Source of the DNA: Nitrososphaerota archaeon
Lineage (GTDB): Archaea > Thermoproteota > Nitrososphaeria > Nitrososphaerales > Nitrosopumilaceae
NCBI GenBank assembly: GCA_022573895.1
Contig: JACZTB010000002.1
Span: 30,999-62,998, forward strand
Direction of reading: 5' to 3'
Length of the DNA: 32,000 bases
Below the pieces are notes generated by a model. It searched no databases. It worked only from the letters and a program-made list of their open reading frames with translations, and was not told the DNA's origin. The position numbers were made by a program, and so were the translations under genes. Below, piece after piece: positions 1-6,667 of this stretch. Within the stretch, counting starts at the first letter, position 1; every line of letters starts with the position of its first letter.

Positions 1-264
1 ACTATTATCTCCAATAACATTGACTTGTTTTTCTACTCCCTGCTCGTCTGTTACTAAAAGATTTGAAACTATTCCATCAATCAATTCAACCTGTCTTGGA
101 ACATTTGACAAAGCAACAACATGTTTGACATGAATCTCGCCGACTGAATTTATAATAACCTCTACAGATCTCTGTACAGCTTTTTCAGCAAACTGGGCAT
201 CAGCTATAGGAATTACAGATATTATCAATAGAATTATTAAAAATCCAAAAACTTTCACATTCAT
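1..264 (-). CDS. hypothetical secreted protein, N-terminal part (gene continues past the window edge)
   Basis: Not in the supplied track because it runs off the edge. The reverse complement of 1..264 reads ATG (264..262) MNVKVFGFLIILLIISVIPIADAQFAEKAVQRSVEV... with no stop through position 1. The hydrophobic N-terminus followed by ADA-Q resembles a signal peptide. Its ATG directly abuts the stop codon (265..267) of the cyclophilin gene upstream on the same strand. Confidence 0.4.
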   Translation of the reverse strand, partial: MNVKVFGFLIILLIISVIPIADAQFAEKAVQRSVEVIINSVGEIHVKHVVALSNVPRQVELIDGIVSNLLVTDEQGVEKQVNVIGDNS

Positions 265-744
265 TTATTCCACAGTTACACGAATCATTTGTATTTTTTC
301 TAATGGACAATCATTGCCATCTCTTTTAAGATTTACAATTTTGTCTGCAACATCTATACCTTCCATCACTTCACCAAATACAGTATATTGTCTATCAAGG
401 AATGTACTATCACCCATTACTATGAAAAATTGTGAGCCTGCGCTATTTGGATCCTGTGATCTAGCCATGGAAACTATACCTCGCAAATGAGTTCTTGAAC
501 TAAATTCAGCCTTAATGCTATATCCTGGTCCCCCCATTCCCCATGAACCCTTATTATCGGTTTTTGTATTTGGGTCACCTCCCTGAATCATAAATCCAGG
601 AATAACTCTATGGAAAAGAGTTCCATTATAGAATCCATCTTTAGCTAGTTTTTCAAAATTTCTAACCGTTTCTGGAGCTAATTCAGGTATAAGTTTAAAT
701 GAAATCTTTCCAAAATTTGTTTCAATATTTGCTATAGTCATCAA
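265..744 (-). CDS. cyclophilin-type peptidyl-prolyl cis-trans isomerase
   Basis: 159-aa ORF with the hallmark cyclophilin motifs FHRVIPGFMIQGGDP and SMARSQDPNSAGSQFFI, and a typical single-domain length. Confidence 0.9.
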   Translation of the reverse strand: MMTIANIETNFGKISFKLIPELAPETVRNFEKLAKDGFYNGTLFHRVIPGFMIQGGDPNTKTDNKGSWGMGGPGYSIKAEFSSRTHLRGIVSMARSQDPNSAGSQFFIVMGDSTFLDRQYTVFGEVMEGIDVADKIVNLKRDGNDCPLEKIQMIRVTVE

Positions 745-788
745 AATTTATCAATTATCTTATCATAAGAGTCTTTTGTGAAAATCCA

Positions 789-883
789 CTTGAAAATTCT
801 TATAGATACTTTAAGTATGTTGAAAAATTCATAGCAATCAATACATTTTTTGTTGAAAAATTTATCGTTGAATACTTGTTGAA
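789..883 (+). repeat. array of direct (G/C)TTGAA repeats in the divergent promoter region (sixth copy at 985..990)
   Basis: cTTGAAAATTC 789..799, GTTGAAAAATTC 819..830, GTTGAAAAATTT 852..863, GTTGAA 867..872, GTTGAA 878..883 and GTTGAA 985..990. All are in the same orientation. The copies at 818..832 and 851..865 match at 14 of 15 positions (TGTTGAAAAATT[C/T]AT). Confidence 0.55.
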
Positions 884-982
884 TTTTTATTTTTCTAACA
901 AATGAAAAATCTAAATATATTATATATGAGATTTTAGAAATTTAAGAAGTTAGTCTTATATAGAACAAATAAAATTTAGTAT

Positions 983-1216
983 TTGTTGAATCGTACAAAT
1001 CAAAGCACGGTAATTAAAGAAGCAATTAACTCTTATCTTGACAAAGGTGTAACTGATAAGCAGGATATCTATTCCAAAGTTGTTGATGAACTTGGTGTTC
1101 CAAGACCAACTGTAAGAAGAGTTGCAAGAGATCTGAGAACTGAACTACTACAAAAGATCCAAATCTTACAATCTGATACGCCTAAATCTACTACTATCTC
1201 TGAAAAAGACGAATAA
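983..1216 (+). CDS. small helix-turn-helix protein (hypothetical DNA-binding protein)
   Basis: 77-aa ORF with a TTG start and no in-frame ATG. DIYSKVVDELGVPRPTVRRVARDLR reads as a helix-turn-helix. A TATA-like ttatata (956..962) lies about 25 nt upstream. The GTTGAA repeat array precedes the gene. Confidence 0.5.
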   Translation: MLNRTNQSTVIKEAINSYLDKGVTDKQDIYSKVVDELGVPRPTVRRVARDLRTELLQKIQILQSDTPKSTTISEKDE

Positions 1217-1252
1217 ATTCGACTCTTTTTTCTTTTTTAATTATTTTACTTT

Positions 1253-1534
1253 ATGATTTTTAGCATTACTGTTATAAACAATGATTTTTTCAAAGAATTG
1301 ATGGGATATTTAAGAAATCAGCTAGCAACGGTAATAACAGGAATTTTTGCGGCAGTACTAACAGGACTTTGGCCAATCTTTTATGACTATGCATCAATAA
1401 CAAATATTATTTTTATGATAGCAGTCCCTATTACGTGGTTTCTTACATTTGCATGTTGGATGTCCCAAAAAAGTGTAGATTATCTGCATAAACATGAACA
1501 AGTGCATACTGACACTGAAAAAAAACTTGAGTAG
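1253..1534 (+). CDS. hypothetical small membrane protein
   Basis: 93-aa ORF with hydrophobic segments VITGIFAAVLTGLWPIF and IIFMIAVPITWFLTFACWM. No family recognised. Confidence 0.45.
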   Translation: MIFSITVINNDFFKELMGYLRNQLATVITGIFAAVLTGLWPIFYDYASITNIIFMIAVPITWFLTFACWMSQKSVDYLHKHEQVHTDTEKKLE

Positions 1535-1769
1535 CACACAAACCATTCTTACTACAACTATCAATAGTCAAGTTAATCTATCTGAAATAAAACAAATTAA
1601 AAATGAATTATCTTTTGAATTAAATGACATAAAAGAGTCTGTGAAACTAAAAGATAGTGAAATTGAAAGATTAAATCAAGAAATTTATAATCTGCAAACT
1701 CTTGTTCAGATTGAATCATTAAAAACTGAATTGCCTAATCTGAGAATATTAGCTTATAAAAAAAACTAA
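1494..1769 (+). CDS. hypothetical coiled-coil protein (possibly the C-terminal part of the preceding ORF)
   Basis: 91-aa ORF with heptad-like sequence (ELNDIKESVKLKDSEIERLNQEIYNLQTLVQIESLK). It overlaps 1253..1534 by 41 nt in the +1 frame across an A8 tract (1518..1525). Confidence 0.4.
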   Translation: MNKCILTLKKNLSSTQTILTTTINSQVNLSEIKQIKNELSFELNDIKESVKLKDSEIERLNQEIYNLQTLVQIESLKTELPNLRILAYKKN

Positions 1770-1779
1770 GTGAATAGTT

Positions 1780-1893
1780 TTAATCTTTACAATGGCAACT
1801 TTCCATACCATGATTATTCTTACAACTGGGACAACTTACAGCACCACCATAATGGCACTTACATGAACATAATTCTGTTGGATCTTTTTTCAA
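1780..1893 (-). CDS. candidate 37-aa Cys/His-rich peptide (metallothionein-like or zinc-ribbon-like)
   Basis: Not in the supplied track. The minus strand reads TTG(1893..1891) MKKDPTELCSCKCHYGGAVSCPSCKNNHGMESCHCKD stop(1782..1780). It has 7 Cys and 4 His in 37 residues, arranged CxCxCH...CxxC...H...CHC. The frame is open for 47 codons between stops in AT-rich DNA. A TATA-like taaaatatta (complement of 1922..1931) lies about 30 nt upstream. The start codon is uncertain. Confidence 0.35.
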   Translation of the reverse strand: MKKDPTELCSCKCHYGGAVSCPSCKNNHGMESCHCKD

Positions 1894-2149
1894 ACTTAAT
1901 ATTATAATTTTTACATCATGTTAATATTTTACTTTTGAAGTTTAAACATAAGTGAATTGGAACAAATTTTTTATTCTGAATATGGGGTCATTCCATAATA
2001 TCTATAAATTTAATCTTTGCAGTTATTGTTACATCTAGGTTGTTAATCATTGTATCTTCTAATACAAATTCATTTGCAAAACCAATAGATTGTTAAACTG
2101 AAATATCCCAATTAGCAATTCTATAGAAATTGAAAAATCTACTATTCAA

Positions 2150-2365
2150 ATGAGTATCTCTACAGATAATCAACTTACATAGGGATTTGTTAAAGGAACA
2201 ATTTAAAATCATGTTTATGATTATTCTGCTATAATACAGATTTTTGATAATGATGAATATGTTATAGGAAACAATCATGAAGTAGTACACTTTACTCAAA
2301 CTACTGTAAATGAAGATGGTCCTTTTGAATACAAATTTAGGATCATAAACTTAAATGATGTTTAA
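2150..2365 (+). pseudogene. probable remnant of a protein-coding gene with in-frame stops
   Basis: One frame reads MSISTDNQLT-TAG(2180..2182)-GFVKGTI-TAA(2204..2206)-NHVYDYSAIIQIFDNDEYVIGNNHEVVHFTQTTVNEDGPFEYKFRIINLNDV-TAA(2363..2365). The last 52 codons look protein-like but contain no ATG/GTG/TTG start. Confidence 0.3.
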
Positions 2366-2427
2366 ACCGAGATTATTTTTGACGGTAATTGTACTGTTTT
2401 AAAATTTTCACAGTAATATTCAATACC

Positions 2428-2958
2428 CTAATCTTGACACAATTTAGACGCAATCTCCAAAGTTTCATCTACCATTGCTTTTAGTCTATTTTGTGCATCT
2501 ACATCTGAAACAGAATTATCAGTGATCGCATCTGTGGTTAGAAATACAGCCTTAGGATTTGCTACTACTCTAAAGTATGATAACAATTGTGTGATTAATG
2601 TCTGAACGTCTATAAAACCAATATTTCCAGAAGCTAAAATTGCCATTCCAGATACCTTTCCTGCAGTTTTTTTATAATTGATATATTCAAATAAATTTTT
2701 CAACGCTGAACTAAAAAATGAATTATAGATTGGAGTTCCTATTAACCATACATCTGCATCCGTAATGTCATTTGACGCCATCTTTGTAGCTTCATTGTAT
2801 TCTTCACCGTATCCTCTATAGCATTCAATTTGACCATCTGAAAGATTGATCAATTTTGTGTCTGTATTTTTTGATTTTGTATAATCATAAACATACTTCA
2901 TCATAACTTGTGTAAGAGCGTTTTTTCTTGGACTTCCAGAAATAACTACAACTTTCAT
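2428..2958 (-). CDS. NAD(P)H-dependent FMN reductase family flavoprotein
   Basis: MKVVVISGSPRKNALT... and ...WLIGTPIYNSFFSSALKNLFEY match the NADPH-dependent FMN reductase (SsuE/ArsH-like) fold pattern. The track ORF extends to a GTG at 2970. I prefer the ATG at 2958 because a TATA-like atttatata sits about 26 nt upstream of it (leaderless geometry). Confidence 0.75.
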   Translation of the reverse strand: MKVVVISGSPRKNALTQVMMKYVYDYTKSKNTDTKLINLSDGQIECYRGYGEEYNEATKMASNDITDADVWLIGTPIYNSFFSSALKNLFEYINYKKTAGKVSGMAILASGNIGFIDVQTLITQLLSYFRVVANPKAVFLTTDAITDNSVSDVDAQNRLKAMVDETLEIASKLCQD

Positions 2959-3010
2959 ATCTCCAACCACCTGTCTTTGTATATAAATTCCTGTGACTTT
3001 TAAAATTTAA

Positions 3011-3102
3011 CGGGCTTGGGGGGCTTCGATCCCTCGACCTGTAACTTAGGAGGTTACCACGCTATCCATACTTCGCGTCAAATGACTCTGCGCCACAAGC
3101 CC
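3011..3102 (-). tRNA. tRNA-Arg (anticodon CCU) with a ~17-nt insertion in the D region (probable non-canonical intron)
   Basis: Minus-strand read 3102->3011: GGGCUUG-UG-GCGC-[27 nt]-GCGU-G-GUAAC-CUCCUAA-GUUAC-AGGUC-GAGGG-AUCGAAG-CCCCC-CAAGCCC-G. It has a 7-bp acceptor stem, a perfect 5-bp anticodon stem, anticodon CCU and a 5-nt variable loop. Removing AGAGUCAUUUGACGCGA leaves the consensus-like D loop AGUAUGGAUA and a 75-nt tRNA. The T arm is atypical (A-C mismatch, loop AUCGAAG). Confidence 0.7.
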
Positions 3103-3127
3103 AGCAAAAAAAAACATTCTTAATTAT

Positions 3128-3838
3128 TTAAGCGTAATCAAGATTATCTCTGATCATTTCTTTAATACTATCCCAGTTTTTGTTTTCTTTATCATTCCAT
3201 TTTTCAAAATATACAACATCTTTTAGTTTCAGTCTTGGTAACCAACCTGCAGTTTCAAGATCTGGTTTTTCAGCAAATTCATCAATATACCCTAAACACA
3301 AGTATGCAACAGGAACAACATGTTCTGGTAAAGCCAAAGTTTCTTTCAGAGTTTCATTTGAAAGAATACTTACCCATCCAAGACCTATTCCTTCTGTTCT
3401 TGCTGATAACCATAAATTTTGGATTGCACAACATACACTGTATAGTCCTGCCTCAGGGATACTTGATCTGCCAATAATAAAAGGACCAAATTTTGTAGGA
3501 TCATATGTTACACAAAGATTCACTGGGGATTCTAAAATTCCTTCTAGCTTGAATGAAAGATACTTTGATCTCTTGGGTTCTTCAACTAATTTTGATGAAC
3601 GATTTTTTTCTTCTTCAAAAGATTCTTTGATTTTCTTTTTTGTTTTAATATCTTTTATCAAGATAAAATTCCATGGTTGAGAAAATCCTACTGATGGAGC
3701 ATGATGTGCAGCATGTAGAATTTTTGATAAAATATCATCTTCTATAGGTTTTGAGATAAAATGAGATCTTACATCTCTTCTTGAATAAATTGCCTTATAG
3801 AAGCCTCTTTTTTCTTCTTTAGTAAAATTCTCTGTCAA
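3128..3838 (-). CDS. bluB: 5,6-dimethylbenzimidazole synthase (BluB-type nitroreductase-family flavin destructase)
   Basis: 236-aa ORF with a TTG start and no nearby ATG. FYKAIYSRRDVRSHF and LHAAHHAPSVGFSQPWNFILI match the BluB signature region within the nitroreductase fold. The length is typical for BluB. Confidence 0.7.
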   Translation of the reverse strand: MTENFTKEEKRGFYKAIYSRRDVRSHFISKPIEDDILSKILHAAHHAPSVGFSQPWNFILIKDIKTKKKIKESFEEEKNRSSKLVEEPKRSKYLSFKLEGILESPVNLCVTYDPTKFGPFIIGRSSIPEAGLYSVCCAIQNLWLSARTEGIGLGWVSILSNETLKETLALPEHVVPVAYLCLGYIDEFAEKPDLETAGWLPRLKLKDVVYFEKWNDKENKNWDSIKEMIRDNLDYA

Positions 3839-3903
3839 CTATTTCACGAATTCTTTCTTTTGTTAAACGTTAATAATGCTAGTATCTAGTCTTGTTTTTC
3901 AAT

Positions 3904-3977
3904 GGGCCGGTAGTCTAGCTGGTTAGGATACCGCCTCGACACGGCGGTGATCGTGAGTTCGAATCTCACTCGGCCCA
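3904..3977 (+). tRNA. tRNA-Val (anticodon GAC as folded)
   Basis: GGGCCGG-UA-GUCU-AGCUGGUUA-GGAU-A-CCGCC-UCGACAC-GGCGG-UGAUC-GUGAG-UUCGAAU-CUCAC-UCGGCCC-A. This is a 74-nt cloverleaf with a perfect T arm, canonical T loop and discriminator A. The anticodon loop reads U32 C33 G34 A35 C36. A TATA-like ttaataat lies about 30 nt upstream. Confidence 0.88.
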
Positions 3978-3986
3978 CTTTTTCAA

Positions 3987-4496
3987 TTAAAGCTCTGCTT
4001 TGAATTCTTTTTCAATAGTAATCCATGAAGATTGAACAGTGATAATTCCTTTCACTGAAAAACTATCGATTCTATTTTCTATGGCAGCTTGATAAATTTC
4101 TGGATTTACTTCAGATTTGTTAAGAACAAAAATATTTTTCAAAGGAATTTCTGTGCCTGGAAAAAATCCAGCTCTTCCAGGCAACGCAATATCTGCTGTA
4201 GAGTACTGTCCTGAACCTAATAGTATTCCATCATCATAAAGCTGGTAGTCAATTTGTGAAACTGTAAATGTTTTATCGCTTGGATTCTTTATAAGAAATG
4301 TAACATCAAATCTTGCTTGGTTATCTATGGTGTTAATATCTCTTAGTTCTACGTTTGTTAATTTAATCTCAACTTGCTCAAGCGGTACAGTATCGAGACT
4401 GCCATAGTAAAAAAATCCTCCCATCATAGCTAGAACGCCAGCAATTGCAACATAAACTATCATCTTACTTTGAAGTTCCATTTCAATGCTATCCAA
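3987..4496 (-). CDS. membrane-anchored LEA_2 (LEA14/NDR1-like) domain protein
   Basis: N-terminal TM segment (MIVYVAIAGVLAMMGGFFYY), then VEIKLTNVELRDIN...FDVTFLIKNPSDKTFTVSQIDYQLYDDGILLGSG. This resembles the beta-sandwich pattern of LEA_2/water-stress domains. The assignment is by pattern only. Confidence 0.45.
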   Translation of the reverse strand: MDSIEMELQSKMIVYVAIAGVLAMMGGFFYYGSLDTVPLEQVEIKLTNVELRDINTIDNQARFDVTFLIKNPSDKTFTVSQIDYQLYDDGILLGSGQYSTADIALPGRAGFFPGTEIPLKNIFVLNKSEVNPEIYQAAIENRIDSFSVKGIITVQSSWITIEKEFKAEL

Positions 4497-4563
4497 TTAT
4501 GTACAACTAAAAAAGGTTGTTAAGAACCAAATGCATAATATTTGATTTAAAATATCATATTCT

Positions 4564-5061
4564 ATGACTGCACTAGAGCAAGCAATTCTTACTTGGATTC
4601 ATCTTGTTGCAGCTGCAATATGGATAGGCGGTTCACTTTTCATTGGTATTGTATTTTCTCCACTTCTAAAAACAATGACTGATTCCCTTGAAGAAAGAAT
4701 GCAAATAATGATTCGTGTTGGAAAACGATTTAACAAAATTGCTGTTCCATCGTTGATTATTTTAATGGCAACTGGATTGTATAGTTCACATGTGTTGCTT
4801 AGTAAACCTGAACTTCTTGTTGCAACAAGTTATGGAACATTTTTAATTATTAAGATAATTCTTGTTATCATACTAGTCATTACATATGCTGTACATATTC
4901 GAATAATTCGTAAGGATGTAGAAGAAAAAATTATGTCAAAACAAATGTCAAAGACTCAAATTCAAAAACTAAGAAAAAAAATCATTATTCTTGGAGAAAT
5001 TACAGTAGTTTTATCATTAGCGATTCTATTTCTTGCATCTTTACTTGATGCAGGAGTCTGA
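4564..5061 (+). CDS. CopD-like integral membrane protein
   Basis: 165 aa with about four TM segments. The N-terminal WIHLVAAAIWIGGSLF motif is characteristic of the copper resistance D (CopD) domain family. Confidence 0.45.
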   Translation: MTALEQAILTWIHLVAAAIWIGGSLFIGIVFSPLLKTMTDSLEERMQIMIRVGKRFNKIAVPSLIILMATGLYSSHVLLSKPELLVATSYGTFLIIKIILVIILVITYAVHIRIIRKDVEEKIMSKQMSKTQIQKLRKKIIILGEITVVLSLAILFLASLLDAGV

Positions 5062-6066
5062 TATTCCCTCAATAATTACCTCAAATCCATTAGCTAATTT
5101 TTCAATACCATATTTACAACCTGTAATTTTTGATGTTACAAACAAATTTGTCTCTAAATGTTTTGTAATTTTTCTAACTTGAAATGTAGTTTTTTTCTGA
5201 CCTAAACTTGCAGGTACAACAAGCATATCTGCTAAATTTTCATCTACTCCTAGTGGATTTTTAACAAATTTATCAAAATCTAAATCAAACCTTTGTGTCT
5301 CTTTATCAAACAACGTATCAACTCCTATAATAGAATGTTCATCAATGCTGTAAATTAACAAAGATGCTCCTAAATCTTTTGCTTCTTGATTTTTAATTTC
5401 TGTTTTGACAATAAAATTTTCTTTAGTTAATTTCTTTTTAATCTCTTGAATGTGATTTTCAATTTTTTCAATAGGAAGTTTTGAAAATGTACAAATTAAT
5501 TTAACGGAATTTGTTTTTCGTTCTGTAAATGAAATTGATTTTATACGAGAAGGATATACTTGTAAATTAATTTCTCCACCTCCCTTTGGATAATAACCAC
5601 GTTTATTTAGTTTCAGTGAAAATTCTACTCCCATTCTAGAATATGCATTTTTTAGTACATGTTGAGTATAGTCGATAGGAGGACTCCAAAGTACATCTGT
5701 ACCGCCCTTAATTGTTAAACTGAGTTTTTTTTGAGAAATAGCAACTACAGGAATTAAGACTTGTAAAATTAAAGAAATACTACCAGCTGTTCCTACATCT
5801 TCAACTAATTCTAAATTTTCAATATTACTTGGAATGAATTTAAATTCAGTAGAACCTATTTCTGCCCCAATCACTTTAGCATTTGCAACTTTTTGAAGAA
5901 TTTTTATAGCAGTAAGGTGCTGTGGTCTTAATCCTGGAACTTTCCTATTTTTTCTTATATCTTCCAGATGAATTGGTTGTTTTGTAATACATGAAAGTGC
6001 AATTGCTGAACGTATTATTTGTCCTCCCCCTTCACCATATCCCCCATTAATTTTTAGAAGATCCAT
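5041..6066 (-). CDS. rtcA: RNA 3'-terminal phosphate cyclase
   Basis: 341 aa. The N-terminal INGGYGEGGGQIIRSAIALS is the RtcA signature, and length and overall pattern fit. Confidence 0.9.
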   Translation of the reverse strand: MDLLKINGGYGEGGGQIIRSAIALSCITKQPIHLEDIRKNRKVPGLRPQHLTAIKILQKVANAKVIGAEIGSTEFKFIPSNIENLELVEDVGTAGSISLILQVLIPVVAISQKKLSLTIKGGTDVLWSPPIDYTQHVLKNAYSRMGVEFSLKLNKRGYYPKGGGEINLQVYPSRIKSISFTERKTNSVKLICTFSKLPIEKIENHIQEIKKKLTKENFIVKTEIKNQEAKDLGASLLIYSIDEHSIIGVDTLFDKETQRFDLDFDKFVKNPLGVDENLADMLVVPASLGQKKTTFQVRKITKHLETNLFVTSKITGCKYGIEKLANGFEVIIEGISDSCIK

Positions 6067-6130
6067 AGTTTTTTTATTAATTGGAACTCTTTATGATAGT
6101 TTTTTAAAAAGAAATTTTCTATATTTTTGT

Positions 6131-6625
6131 ATGAATGGCTTGCTGATTGGAAGATTCCAACCTTTTCACTTGGGGCATCTTGAAGCATTTCGATTTGCAC
6201 TATCAAAAGTTGATAAATTATGGGTAGGTTTGGGTAGTTCCAACAAACCTGCACAAAAAAACGATCCATTCTCTGCTGAGGAACGAAAAGAAATGATTCT
6301 ATCTTCAATTGATGATTTAATGAAAGATAAAATTTCAATTTATTTTATCCCAGATTTGGATAATCATGTTGAATGGATTGAAAAAATAGATACTATCATC
6401 CCAAAATTTGATATAGTTTTTTCAAATGATGAACTAACAAAACATCTGTATTCAAAAAGATCTGTTCAAGTAATTTCTATTCCATTTTTGAAAAGAGATG
6501 AATTATCTGGAACTAATATTCGTAATCTAATAATCAGCGATCAAAAATGGGATGATCTTGTTCCCAAAGAAACAAAAAATTTTTTGATCAACATTAGTGC
6601 AAAAGATCGTTTGAAAAATCTCTAA
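6131..6625 (+). CDS. nadM: nicotinamide-nucleotide adenylyltransferase (archaeal type)
   Basis: GLLIGRFQPFHLGHLEAFRFAL carries the (H/T)xGH nucleotidyltransferase motif. The C-terminal RDELSGTNIRNLI matches the archaeal NMNAT pattern. The 164-aa length fits. Confidence 0.88.
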   Translation: MNGLLIGRFQPFHLGHLEAFRFALSKVDKLWVGLGSSNKPAQKNDPFSAEERKEMILSSIDDLMKDKISIYFIPDLDNHVEWIEKIDTIIPKFDIVFSNDELTKHLYSKRSVQVISIPFLKRDELSGTNIRNLIISDQKWDDLVPKETKNFLINISAKDRLKNL

Positions 6626-6667
6626 TTATAAATAAACCCCATATCTCACTGACATCGTAGATAACAC

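Noticed and set aside
745-990. GTTGAA repeat array as a replication origin (ORB-like repeats)
   Set aside because: No Orc1/Cdc6 gene is adjacent. The repeats are short, all direct, and lack the dyad-containing ORB or mini-ORB character. A transcription-factor site array is the simpler reading.
2250-2256. C-box-like AUGAUGA (and AUGAUGU at 2355..2361) suggesting a C/D box sRNA
   Set aside because: No CUGA D box lies at an appropriate distance and no terminal stem is present. The motif sits inside the gene-remnant frame.
2093-2299. 68-aa minus-strand ORF in the low-coding island
   Set aside because: The translation is I/N/F/Y-rich low-complexity sequence with no motifs. It overlaps a more protein-like, though interrupted, plus-strand frame.
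745-3102. Integrated mobile element downstream of the tRNA-Arg 3' end (small unknown genes, gene remnant, low coding density)
   Set aside because: I found no integrase, transposase or other mobile-element gene. I also found no direct repeat of the tRNA 3' half that could mark an att site.
3180-3680. Plus-strand ORFs 3180..3680 and 3235..3477 inside the bluB region
   Set aside because: They lie entirely antisense to a gene with clear family motifs. Their translations are Ser/Phe-rich low-complexity sequence, typical of shadow ORFs.
6054-6338. 94-aa minus-strand ORF overlapping the rtcA start and nadM
   Set aside because: It overlaps two confidently assigned genes and has no motifs.
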